This document shows, in pieces, positions 50,245 to 62,525 of a stretch of DNA of 64,000 nt; position 1 is the stretch's first letter, and every line of letters starts with the position of its first letter. The position numbers and the translations under genes are program-made. The stretch comes from Felis catus (lineage: Eukaryota): contig NC_058368.1 in assembly GCF_018350175.1 (NCBI RefSeq), forward strand, positions 169,324,001 through 169,388,000, in the 5' to 3' direction. The notes below the pieces were generated by a model. It was not told where the DNA came from. It made no database searches and saw only the letters and a program-made list of their open reading frames with translations.

Positions 50245-51528
50245 TGTCTCATCTTAGAGTTACATATTTACATCTCTTACCTGATTGTCAGCTTGTGGAA
50301 TACAGAGATGTAATAAATTAGACAAATATTCAATCTGCACTCTGTAGTTCTCCAAGCTAATATTGTACATGAGGAATAGGTAGGCTTTAGGCATGGCCAG
50401 TCCATTATTGATTTCTGTTATATTCTGTTACCCTTGGAAAGAAATCTATCAGGAATAGTGTTAGGTTCTTTTTTTAGTGATTTTATTGGCTTTTGTTTAG
50501 ACTTCAACTCAAAAGACAGCAACCAGCCTGAGGCATAATGTAGACACCTGATTATCAATACAGTATCTGCATGTTAAAACTGCTGTGAGGATCAGAGTTG
50601 GTAGAAATGATCTGTACATAAAACAGTTAAAGATTTCCAGTGGAGTAAAACAGACTTGTGATCTATCCTCCTCTCTTTCTGTCTTTTTAGCTTTTAATGA
50701 TGCAACACCACTTTGGGAACAATTTATTGCAGTCCATGTAAGAGGATATGCTTCTCTCTGCTAATACTGGGGGGCAGGCAATTATCAATTTCCAAATTAA
50801 TGCTCCAGTTGCCTGACACACCCCAGAAGTGGGCTTTCACCCTTTCTTGGAATAGGTGGTTCCAATTCTTCTAGTGTCTCTGATGGCCATTTTCACACCA
50901 GTGCTACTAATGGTGTCTAAATAAATCCCAACAGATTGCATAACTGGAGAGGCAATGCTTGGGACATAATTACCCAATTAAGTTTTTTTACTTGATAAAG
51001 AGTCTCTATAAATAGGCAAAAACCAGAGCTTATTTTGTACTTTGAATTTGTACCTACTGAAAAACACATTGATTTTTATCAGATACTAATCCAGGGACAG
51101 AATATATCTCAGTTGTTTAAAAAAAGAAAAAGGTAAAATTAAGGCAATTATAAAAATAACCTTTGTGATAAATTTCCACAAACCATATTAACAAAATTTT
51201 TCTAGAAATGTATTTGGTCAAAACCTTGAATTTACTATTCACATTCCTATATTCCCACACTATTCCACACATGTTTACAATTCAAAATTGCCCTTTCTCC
51301 ACAGGGCAGATGTAAGGGTATTCAATTTCTTTCACTCCCTGGTATGCATGGTGAGTGACCAAAAGTGAAGATCTACTGGGGCATGCAACTGCCTGTCACA
51401 CTTCTCTCAATCTCTACTGTCCAGCTGCTAACGTGAAAGCAGATGCCAACATGTCAGTCCCAGGAGTATTGAGAGGCGAGCCTCTGTGCAAGTAGGGAGA
51501 CAGTGAAGAGAGTTGCCCCTGCTACAGT

Positions 51529-51833
51529 TGATAGGGAAAAATTATGTTATGAGAGGGCCGACAGGACTGATAGGGAAATTCTAGTCCCCATCCCAAGACA
51601 CCCCTTCCGGGTTCTTCTTCCTGCCCCGCTTGCCACGAGCACCAAATTACTACTGATGTGGAATGCTAAAGTAACAGACTCTAAATTGTCCCCCCATGCT
51701 TGCGCTGGGGACTCAGACCTCTGGAGAGTGATTTCCTCTGAGCCCGCCAGTGTGAAATAAACCTCCTGCCTTCCAAGATCTCAAAGTGTCGCTTGGTTCT
51801 TCCACTGGGTGATCCAGACCAGGTTCCGTAACA
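51529..51833 (+). mobile_element. ERV 5' LTR
   Basis: TG...CA ends and an AATAAA near 51756. About 90% identical to 56138-56441 by manual alignment. Confidence 0.93.
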
Positions 51834-51835
51834 TT

Positions 51836-51853
51836 TGGTTCCCTGACAAGGAA
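51836..51853 (+). promoter_or_regulatory. Primer-binding site, tRNA-Glu
   Basis: TGGTTCCCTGACAAGGAA versus the tRNA-Glu 3' complement TGGTTCCCTGACCGGGAA (16/18), 2 nt after the LTR. Confidence 0.88.
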
Positions 51854-52420
51854 GCCCAACCATGCTGGCCCATTGTTGTCACTGGTTTGGGAAAATGGCA
51901 AGGCGATGACACAAGGAAGAATTGCAACGGAGAAGGCACGCCCCTGCCTGATATTTGAGACATTGGATACCGGTAAGGTCTGGGGCCCCTAACCCGGGCA
52001 GACCCAACTGTCAGTGTGGAAGGGGAACCAGATCACCTAATAGAGACCTTTTTTTAAAGGTCTCACAGGTAGGGATTCCCAGGAAGGGAATGTATTAACC
52101 TCTGGTCTGAATGTGTGAATGAATGTGCAGCTCAACCTGGTCCTCTAGTTGGGACTGAATCTGTGGCTTCACGGGTGGGCACCCTAAGGTCCCCCAAAGC
52201 CCAGAGTCTGAATGGGCCTGTCTACGATTCCATGATGAACGGCATACAGTCTATGGTGGCATTGGAATACTTTCTGAAGAATCATAAGTCACAAAGCTGA
52301 CACTGCTACAGCTAAGGCTAAGCGTCACCTAAGTTCCTACAGGACATGGCCAGATAGGCCATTACAGGGGGCACCTCTACCCCTCTGTCTGTCTTTAGGA
52401 TTCTGTCTCACAGGAACATC

Positions 52421-53250
52421 ATGGGGTCAGGACAGAGCAAAAAAGGGGTTTTTGGGAGACTATGGAATTAAGATGACCCCTGGCAAGTTAAGGACACTCT
52501 GTGAGTTAGAATGGCCCACTTTTGGTGCAGGATGGCCCTCAGAGGGAACCTTAGATGTCCCAATGGTCCGCTGCATCTAGAGTGTTGCCACCAGGGACCC
52601 AGGTCACCCTGATCAGTTCCCGTATATCAACTTCTGGTTAGAGATTACCCAAACCCTCCCCTCTTGGATGTGACTTACCTGCAACAAACAGGGACAGGCT
52701 AGGGTCTTAGTCGCCTCGACAAAGTGGCCCAAGGAAGATCGACAGAAGTCCCGACCTCCACAAATTCTCACCAGTGATCCAGAGGAAGAACCAATCTTGC
52801 CCCTAAATCCCCCGGTTCCCAATACTCCGTCACCTTCGTTCTCCCCACCACCTCTGAACTTGGCAGATCCTCTCTCCCCTGGACCAGCAGCCAGATTGCA
52901 CCCTTGGCCAGGCCCAGGCACTCTCCAGATGCTGGTGCACATCCACTAGTGCCAAGAGGCTCTCCTCCGGAGGATCCAAGCAGGGACTAGGAAGCCCATG
53001 AATATGCCCGGCAGCAAGGGGAATCCCCCAGGGATTACTATGAGAGGCTATGCGAGGCTTACACGCCGTCTGATCCCAAGGCACAAGAAAGTCATGGACG
53101 GGGAAGGTCTAGCCACCAAAAGGGGGGAGGCCCAGAACCTCCTTAGCAAGGGATCAATGAGCCTACTGCAAGAATAAAGGACATTGGAAGAATGAATGTC
53201 CCAAACAGGGAAAGTCCCAGAAGCCCTGCCGATATTGAGGGGGACCAGGC
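52421..53250 (+). pseudogene. gag: ERV gag remnant (MA, partial CA with MHR, NC zinc knuckle)
   Basis: MGSGQSK start, then LCELEWPTFGAGWPSEGTLD, GHPDQFPYI, GESPRDYYERLCEAY and DQ*AYCKNKGHWKNECP. Stops, frameshifts and deletions present. Confidence 0.88.
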
Positions 53251-53269
53251 TCACTTCTTCTTGGCCCTC

Positions 53270-55920
53270 ATGAGCCCATGGTCAAAATGAAAGTAGGGGG
53301 CCAAACTATGGTTGACATTGAGGCTGAACATTCTGTGGTCACCTCCCCATGGCTCCCTTTAGCAAGAAGACCGCAACCATCTTTGGGGCCACCAAGTCTT
53401 CTGCCAAGACTGTCAATGTGAACTCGGGGGCCACATGGTACAGCATGATTTCCTCTACCTACCTGAGTGTCCTATCCCTTTCCTTGGCCAGGATATACTC
53501 TCAAAGCTGGGGGCCCAAATAACCTTTGAGCTGATGGGATGTACCAGCATCCAAATGGATCAAAGACAAGAAGAATCAGGCCCCCTTATAATGGCAATCA
53601 CTACACTAAGAGAGAAAGAATGGAGGCTATTCTGCACCCAGGCCCAACCGAGTGGCCTGCCCAAATTCAGGACTGCCTTCCCCACTGTATGGGCCAAGAA
53701 AAACCTCCCACCCCTGGACTTGCCCACATCCGGGTCCCTGTCATTGTAGAGTTAATCCCAGGGGCTCAACCACAGAGACAGCAGCAATATCCCCTCCCGC
53801 AAGAGGCAAGGGCAAGCATCCAAGAAACACCCCGCTCTTGCCAGTCAAGAAGCTGGGAGGAGGATACTGACCAGTTCAAGACCTACGAGCTATCAACAAA
53901 GTGATTGTCTCCTTGCACCCGGTGGTCCCGAACCCGTACACCCTCCTTAGCCAGATCCCTGGCTCTGCCAGCTGGTTTGCCTTAGAATGGACCAAACCAG
54001 ACACAGGGCATCAGATGTAACTGACTCGGATGTGCCTCCCACAGGGGTTTAAAAACTTGCCTACTCTCTTTGGGGAGGCACTGGCTGGAGACCTCGCCGG
54101 CTTTCCAAGGGAGGCCACACTCTGCACCCTTCTCCAGTATGTGGATGACCTCTCCCTTACCAGCAATACCCGAGAGAATTGTACAGAGGGCACAAGGGCC
54201 CTCCTCCAATTCCTGTCAGACTCAGGGTTTCGGCTCTCATGGAGAAAGTCACAGATCTGCCAACAGCAAGTCCAATACTTAGGATTCCTCCGCACCCAAG
54301 GAAAAAGGGTGCTAGGGCCAGAAAGAAAGAAGGCCATCACCTCCCTATCCCAACCCCAAACTAACAGGGGGCTACGAGAATTCCTGGGGACTGTGGGATT
54401 CTGCTGAATCTGGATTCCTGGATTCTCAGCAAAAGCAAGACCCCTCTATAATCTCTTGGCAGGGCTGGATCAAGAACCCCCTGTATGGACAGAGGAGGCT
54501 GAAGCCACCTTCCTAGAGATAAAGGCCACCTTGGGGCAGGCACCAGTTCTTGGCCTGCCAGATATAGAAAAGCCTTTTAATCTCTTTGTGTTTGAGAAGA
54601 AAAAGGTGGCCCTCAGGGGTTGTCACACACACTGTTGGCCCTTGGCAATGGCCAGTTGCATACCTGTGGAAGAGGCTGGACCCAGTGGTGGCAGGATGGC
54701 CACCATGCCTTAGGGCACTAGGGGCCACAGTTCTGCTCATTAAGGAGGCAGATAAGGGGCCCCTGGGTGGCTCAGTCAGTTAGGCGGCCGACTTGGGCTC
54801 AGGTCATGATCTTGCGGCCTGTGAGTTCGAGCCCCACATCGGGCTCTGTGCTGACAGCTCAGAGCCTGGAGCCTGTTTCAGATTCTGTGTCTCCCTCTCT
54901 CTGACCCTCCCCCGTTCATGCTCTGTCTCTCTCTGTCTCAAAAATAAATAAACATTAAAAAAAAAAAAAGGAGGCAGATAAACTTACCCTGGGACAAGAA
55001 CTAAATGTAAAGTGTAAAGGTCTCTCATGCTCTCATGTCTCGCATAAACACTAAAGGATACAGCTTCCTCTACAACTCTCGGCTAGCACAATACCAGGGG
55101 CTCCTCTGTAAGAATCCACGGGTCACTCTCGAAACAGTGTGGACGCTGAACCCCACAAGTTTCTTACCTTCTGAGGAAATACTAAAGTTCTTCGAGGCCA
55201 TCTGGCTTCCAAAGAAATAAAGAGGTAGACATAGCTCCCTCCCTTACTGTGGCTCTGATGCCCCCAGAAGAAAAAGAAAACAACTGGGCTGAGGTCAAAG
55301 GTGCCACCCAGACCAAGACCCAGTTGAGCTTACTGGCCACAATCCACAGCAATAATGGGCCTGAGTTTGTGGCAGGCATTACTGCTTACCCACCTCAAAG
55401 CTCAGGGAAAGTAGAGAAGATGAATCGCACCCTTAAGGGAACCTTAGCCAATCTGTCAGGAAACAGACCTCCCGTGGCCGGGACTGTTGCTCCGGCCATT
55501 GCACACCAGGAACTCAAGGTTTCTCCCCTTTTAAAGTAAGATATGGGAGGCCCCTCTCCATGTCTAGGGAGCCTCCCAGGGAACCTACACCAAATAGGGG
55601 ATAAGGGAATAAGAGAACAACTTCACCCTAAATAAGTTACAATGATATACCATAGAGAGGGCCCCAATCTCTTTAGGATCCCCCATACACCCCTTCTCAC
55701 CAGGGAACTCAGTCTGGGTCAAATATTGGAAAAAAAGACCCTCTCAAACCACAGTAGACTGGGCCTCATACTGTTATTCCGACCACCCCTACTGCCCTCA
55801 AGGTCACAGGTATCATTCCATGGGTCCACCACTCCAGAGTCAAAAGGGCCAATCCTGAGGAGCCCCAGACTTGAAAGACTGACCCAAGTCCGATGAACCC
55901 GCTCAAAGTGACCTTCCAGA
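53270..55920 (+). pseudogene. pol: ERV pro-pol remnant (protease, RT, partial RNase H, partial integrase)
   Basis: Protease MVDIEAEHSVV and HDFLYLPECPIPFLGQDILSKL. RT TPLLPVKK, LPQGFKNLPTLF and QYVDDL. Integrase SNNGPEFVA, PQSSGKVEKMNRTLK and [28 protein letters not shown]. Confidence 0.93.
54756..54969 (+). mobile_element. Felid Can-SINE inserted in ERV pol
   Basis: Perfect TSD 'aaggaggcagataa' at 54742-54755 and 54968-54981. Removing it restores IKEADKLTLGQELNVK. Confidence 0.97.
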
Positions 55921-56137
55921 GAGTCCTGGATTCCTAGGATCTTCAGCTCTTCTCCGGCCACATCCCAGAGGCTGGTTGGTCTATGCACAGCAGAAGCTTG
56001 AGGAGATCACCAAAAACACCGTCACAAACTGGGCTATGGCCCAAGTGTTGGCCCTGCAAGGTTATTGGCCCATAATAAATAAAGATGATGCCCTCCAAAA
56101 CAGCCTAGATCTGTTTAAAGGAGCATCAAAGGGGGGA

Positions 56138-56441
56138 AGATAGGGAAAAATTATGTTATAAGATGGCTGACAGGGCTGACAGGGAAATTCCAGTCCCTGC
56201 CCCAAGACTCCCCTTCCGGGTTCTTCTTCCTGCCCCACTTGCCAGAAGCGCCAAATTACTACTGATGCGGAATGCGGAAGTAACAGACTCTAGATTGTCC
56301 CCCATGCTTGTGCTGGGGACTCAGACCTCTGGAGAGTGATTTCCTCTGAGCCCGTAGGTGTGAAATAAACCTCCTGCCTTCCAAGATCTCCCAGTGCCAC
56401 TTGGTTCTTCCACTGGGTGATCCAGACCAGGTTCTGTAGCA
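56138..56441 (+). mobile_element. ERV 3' LTR, preceded by the PPT aaaggggggaa
   Basis: Direct repeat of 51529-51833, with the initial T changed to A. Confidence 0.93.
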
Positions 56442-57006
56442 CAATCAGACACTCAGGAGAGCATGTGGTTGGTCTCCACAGGACACCTGAGCTCACTTTG
56501 TTTTATATGGTGGGTTTCAGGAGAAGCCAATTCACATTAATGTAAGAAAGTCATTCCTCACCAGTTATCGGTAGCCTCACTGCATTTAACATTTGAGAAT
56601 AAGTTTGTGACTATTTTCCAGGAGGCAGAATCATGTACTACAGAGTCTCCGTGGTAGAAACCACATGAATAGATACTAATGTAATTGTCCAACTCCTAGA
56701 GGTATCATCATGCTTGGCCTCATCCAGGGCTCGATGTCTCTCACAATATTATTTCAGTAGAGGTAGCATGGATGGGCTAGGATGGGAAGGGGCCTAGAGC
56801 TTATCTGGTTCTATCTTCTTATTTTACATCTGAAGAAACTGAATTCCATAAAAGGTGTCTATGGGCTGACAATTCAGATAATTTACATGTGCTGCTTACC
56901 ACACTACTTAACACATATGTATTCAATAAATATTAGCCATTATTAGTATGCTGTTCTGTAATTTGCTTTCTCTTGAAACATACATGCTTAAAATATATAA
57001 ATCATG

Positions 57007-57716
57007 TGATGAGGGAGCGTGGGGCTGAGGACAAAATGCAAGCTAGTGCACCTCCCACCCAGGTGGGGAATGTGTGAGATTCTTCAGGCACTCCTGGCTG
57101 CCCAAGGACAAGGGAGAAGAAAGAAAACAAATGGCTAACTCATAATCACAGTCATCAGGACATGGGTCTCCATCAGTTTGCAAATATCTTAGTAAATTAC
57201 AAGAAAAAGGCAATCTTACCAATAGCCTAATCTCCAGAAACCTACAGACTGTTTCCTGGAGACCCAACATCACTATGCCTCCATAGTGATATGGGGAACA
57301 AAGGCAAGAAGGAAATGACAGGTAAAATTAAATTTCCTTATAACCTGCTGCCCATTGACAAATACTTGAGGCAAATACAGAGTATAACATTTCTCCAGGA
57401 AGCCCCTACCCTCCTAATGTTAATGATTTGCTAGATGGAAAAAACAACCTTAGCTTGACAATACCAAGGCCTCAGGTATCTTAGGAGTCTTCTTTAGTAT
57501 ATCAAAGTCCCTAGGAAGGCCTCCCTTTTGACTTCACCTCCCCAACTCCATAGTATATAAGGAGCCACTCTTCACAATCTCAGTGCAGCTCTTTCTGCCC
57601 CCAGGGGCCCGTTCCCATTCTTTAATAAAATCACCTCTTTGCACCAAAGATGTCTTCAAGAATTCTTTCTTGGCTATGGGCTCCAGACCCCACCACCACC
57701 CCCAGAAACCTCATCA
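57007..57716 (+). mobile_element. Solo LTR (710 bp) of a different ERV family
   Basis: Terminal inverted repeats TGATGAGG...CCTCATCA, perfect 5-bp TSD TCATG (57002-57006 and 57717-57721), TATATAA at 57554 and AATAAA at 57624. Confidence 0.92.
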
Positions 57717-57724
57717 TCATGAAC

Positions 57725-58210
57725 TTCTTTTAGATCAATTCAGTAATATGGATGTATTACTATTTTTTAAGTAGCTATCAAATGATGGACATTTAGGTTA
57801 TGGCTAATGCTTTTTCCCTTTCAAACAATGTACAACAAACAGCCTTAAATATGTATCTTTCCAAACACGTGTATTGTTTCTGTAGGCTTGAGCTGAGAAG
57901 TGGGATTGCTGATTGTGTATATTAAATTTTAAAAACTACTGCCAATATTTTTCTAGGGCTATTTTACTAATCTCTACTCTATCAGCCACATATAGGAAGA
58001 TTTCCCCAAAGCCTTGCCTGCACTGCACTGATCAGCCATTTAAATTGGAAGGTTAAAAAAAATTGTATTATTATTTTAATTTGCATTTTTATTATTAAGA
58101 TAGAGCCTCTTTCCATGGGAGTGCAAACATTTACTCTTTTCTGTGTATTGCCTACTCTATCCTTTGCTTATTTTTCTATGGAGTGCCTTTTTCTTCTTGA
58201 TTTGTAGAAG
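57725..58210 (-). mobile_element. Old L1 (L1ME-like) 3' fragment
   Basis: 'gatggacatttaggtt', 'agaagtgggattgctg' and 'attttaatttgcattt'. Confidence 0.75.
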
Positions 58211-59199
58211 TGATTTATTCAACAAATTCTGAGTGTCTGTATGTACCATTTGTTGTTCTTGCACTAAGGATGTAACAGTGAACAATGGCTACCATTTATG
58301 GAACATTTACTATAAACCAAGGACAACCTAAGCGATTCTCACAAAAATGCTATGAGCTGAGTACTGTTGCTATCCCCTTTGGGCCATTAAAGCTGAGATT
58401 CGGAGAGGTTACATGACATGTCTGGTGTCATGTAGTTTGTAAATGGCAGAGCCAGAACAGTAACCCAAGTTTGGTTAACTCTCTTCAGGATACTAGGGAC
58501 TCCAGATGATGACAGACCCAAGGACATGGCCAGAGGGAAGCTGGCCTGGGAGACAAAGCTCCACCCAGCAAGCACCTCATTTTGAAATGCATGCTAAGAA
58601 CCATTGGGGAGTAATGCTGAGGATGGCCCCATTAAGAACATGAACACTTCATTACAAGGATCACAAATATTTCCTCCCAGTTCTGCTGCTTGAAAAGGGT
58701 TTTTCTGGAGGTTTTGAAAAATGTTGGTACAGATGGAACTAAAAAAATTATGTCATCATATGTTATTTTCCTTTATGGTTTCTGGATTTTGTTTCTTATT
58801 TATTAGAAATGTATCTCCCAAATCCAGATTTTAAAAATTATCTCATATTTCATTTTAATACTTTATGACTTTGATTTTTATTCTTAGATATTTAATTCAT
58901 ATGGCATTTATTTTGGGGCTGACTGTAACCTTAGATAATCCAAATAAACCTTTCTCTAACTAGAAACGAACTTCATCTCATTCACTGCCTCTATTACTTG
59001 TAGTTGTTAATTTATGTGCTGCTTAAAGGATTTCAGGTTGAGAGAAGGACATACAAAGGGATTGATAAAAATTCTATATGAAAGGATTTTGATATTTCAG
59101 TTGCTTTTGAGAAGATTTTAAAGTGCCTTTGTATAGTTGGGCACACTAGTGAGCAAATGTGGACAAGTCTCACAATCAGCAACAGGCTAATTTCTTCTT

Positions 59200-59470
59200 A
59201 GGCCAATATGATGGAAGAGAAAGAATTGGGACTTTGGAATCAGACAACCTGAGTTGTCCTGGTTACATTACTTACCAGCCCAATGACTTTTAGCAATTAC
59301 TAAACCTCTATGAAATTCAGTTGCCTTGTCTGCAAAAATGGGGTGGGAGATATCTAACTTATAAAACATCCACCTTATAAGATTAAGATAATGTGTGTGT
59401 GTGGCGGGGTGTGGGGGGAAGGGAGATCCATTCAGTACTTGACCAATAACAGGTTCTCAATAAATATCAG
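59200..59470 (+). mobile_element. MIR
   Basis: 'ggactttggaatcagacaacctgagtt...aattactaaacctctatgaaattcagttgccttgtctgcaaaaatgggg'. Confidence 0.85.
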
Positions 59471-59944
59471 TTTTAGTTATGTTTACTGTATTTATTGTCA
59501 TGTTACATGTGATTTAGTATTTTGTCTCCTAATCCACCAGATGTCCTTATACATTAAAGAACATCAGCGATTACACAGTTAATCAAATAAATGGTTTCAT
59601 ACATATATTTCTCACTTAAGTGATGACAAAAATCAATAAAAGCTTAAAAGTTCTGGTGCTGTGAACAATTAGCCTAGTTGACACGCATGTAACAAATGTA
59701 AGGGAGGAACCCATTAGAAGAGGGGCATCAGCTAAGTGGTGAAGGAAAGAAACAAAGACCTTAGAGGAATGAAACACATTCTAGATCCTATTGTTAATTT
59801 CTAAAGTAACTCCCAGAGGTCCATACAAGAGCTAAATGCAAAAGACCACATTCCAGGCACTCAACAGATTGTACCTAATGGTGGGAGACTAGATTATATG
59901 TCATCTAAATGCAAATAATCAGAGTACATTTAAGGAGAAAAGGG

Positions 59945-62525
59945 GTTTCACTTTCACCCACTATAGAATAACGGAAACCAGATTTACTCTCCTACATGAA
60001 ACAAACAAATAAAAAGGGGACAAAATGATAGTTTGCAGGACACTGGATACAAGACAACAAAGGGCAGTAACACGTGAGAGATGGGATGCAAATAGGTGAG
60101 CTCTATAATTGCCCAGCTTCCTGCCTTCAGGGTGTTTTCAGGCCTTGGTCAGGGAGAGGAAACCCATTTGGATTCTCGTGGCTTCCTGGAGTTGAAGAGA
60201 TGGAGGTGGGTATCCAGAGACATCAAGGCCACTAACTGGTCAGTGGACCGAGATTGCTTCACAGAGCAAAACTGTAGTGATATGCAGAGAATCTGCCTCA
60301 GTTGAAGTCTGGGCAGAGCATGTGTGTGCAAAACTACTTGATGTAAGAGAAAGAAACATTAAAAAGACAAGTGGCAACTGCCTGGTGCTCACACAGGGCT
60401 GGGAATAGTGTCTGTTCTAACCAGCCAAATTGGAAAACCTCATGGTTTTCATAACGGAACTAAAGACAGTACACAGAAAATCTTACCTCAGTGGTAGAAA
60501 GCAAATATCCTTAGATTGAACATTATTCTAGTTCTAATATTAAATATTAAATATCTAATATTTCATCCAGATTAATAGATATCTAATATCTAATATTAAG
60601 TATTAAAAATATTAAAAGCAAGATATTAAAGGGCCAAACTATTTCCAAATAACTACATTCCAGAGTAAAGGTTAAGTGTATTTATAGGCTTACAAAAATA
60701 TCCAGCACCTAAAAAGGTAAAATTCATAAGAGCTTGCATATATAAAAAATTACCAGGCATGCAAAGAAATAGAAAAATATGAACCATAATAACGAGAAAA
60801 TTCAATCCACCTAAACTGACACAGAACAGACAAAGATGTTAGAATTAGCAGATAAGGACATCAAAACATACATAACAGTATTACATATGTTCAAACAGTT
60901 AAGATAGAAAAAGATCCAAATCAAAATTCTAAAGATTATAACTGTAATTGACCAAATGAATCTCAAAGTAAACAGAAGAAAGGACATAATAAAAGATCGG
61001 AGCAGAAATCGATAAAATAGAAAACCAAAAGTGATAGAAAAAAAATTGCTGAAATTATAAGCCATTTCTTAGAAAAGATCAATAAAATTGATAAACCTCT
61101 AGCCCCATTAATCAGGATTAAAGGAATGTAACCAATGAGTACTAATTATAAAAAGCAGAAATGAAAGAGAAGGCATCATCATAGATTCTATAAATATTTA
61201 AAGAATAATAAGGGAATATTTTAAACAGTTTTATGCCAATAAATTAAGAAACTTAGATAAGACAGACAAATTCCTTGAAAGACAAGGTTTTCCTTTAGCC
61301 AAGAAAAAACACATAACTAGTAAAGACCCATATTTATTACAGAAATGAAGAAATAGATTCAGTAATTTAAAACCTTCCTCACCCTACCCCTTGTACCTTC
61401 AGTTCCAAATGCCTTGACTGGTAAATTCTACTAAATACATAAAGAAGAAATAACACCAATTCTATAAAAACTCTCCCAGAAAACCAAAGAGGAGGTAATT
61501 CTTGCCAACTCATTCTGTGAGGCCAGCACATGATTTTGATACTAAAACCAAAGACATTGCAAGAAAAGAAAACTGCCAACCCACACCCCTCATGAATATA
61601 CATGCAAAAATTCTAAACATAATTGTAGCAAATCAAATCCAACAACAGATAACAAGAATAATACATCAAAATCAAGGGCAGTTTACCCAGGAACGTAGGC
61701 TTGGGTTAGCATTCACAAGTCAATGTGTCTTTTTAATGAACTTATTCTGTGTCACCTCAATAAATGCAGAAAAAGTATTTGACAAAATCCAGCATCTATT
61801 CTTGATAAAAATTCTTTAAAAAAAAAATTAATGTCTATTTTTGAGAAAGAGAGAGAGACAGAGCATGAGCAGGGGAGGGGCAGAGAGAGAGGGAGACGCA
61901 GAATGCGAAGCAGGTCCAGGCTCTGAGTTGTCAGCACAGAGCCCAATGCAGGGCCCGAACCCACAGACCGCGAGATCGTGACCTGAGCCAAAGTCAGATG
62001 CTCAACTGACTAAGCCATCCGAGCACCCCTATTCTTGATAAAAATTCTTAACAAATAAGGAGTAAAAGAAAGCTTCCTTAGAGGGCATCTATAAAAAAAA
62101 TCCACAGCTAAGGTGAAAGCTTTCCCCCCAAGATCAAAAACAAGATATCTGCTCTCACCATTCCTATTCAATATCATAACGGAGGTCCTAGCCAGTGCAA
62201 AAAAAAAAAAAAGTAATAAGTATATACTGCATTATTCTATTTATACAAAGTTATAAAAAAAATCCACTAATCCATAATGACAGAAGACAGGTCAGTGATG
62301 GCCAGTGACTGCCCAGGATTCTGCCTGAGACCATGTGAAGTAGGAGGGAAGGATTACAAAGGGGCATAAGGAAAATTTAGGGGGTGATGGACATGACAAG
62401 TTCATTAACTTGATTGTGGAGATGGTTTCAAAGATGTCTGTGTATGTCAAACTTATAAAATTGTGTTTAAAATATATGCAGTTTACTGTGTATCAATTAT
62501 ACCTCAATCAAGCTGTTAAAAAAAT
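59945..62525 (+). mobile_element. Old, internally deleted L1M element (5' region, ORF2 pieces, 3' end)
   Basis: ORF2 peptide TKTKDIARKENCQPTPLMNIHAKILNIIVANQIQQQI...INAEKVFDKIQHLFLIK. 3' end 'tatgcagtttactgtgtatcaattatacctcaatcaagctgttaaaaaa'. Confidence 0.85.
61817..62029 (-). mobile_element. Felid Can-SINE in L1
   Basis: Perfect 20-bp TSD 'tattcttgataaaaattctt' at 61797-61816 and 62030-62049. Confidence 0.96.

Larger units (their letters stand above)
51529..56441 (+). mobile_element. Class I (gamma-like, HERV-E-like) endogenous retrovirus with two LTRs, multiple internal deletions and no env
   Basis: Paired ~305-bp LTRs, tRNA-Glu PBS, PPT, and gag/pro/pol remnants. Flanks CAGT / CAAT suggest a 4-bp TSD with one mismatch. 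Confidence 0.95.

Noticed and set aside
60530..60630. AT-rich 'atatctaatat' micro-repeats in the L1 5' region
   Set aside because: Ordinary low-complexity slippage with no further structure.
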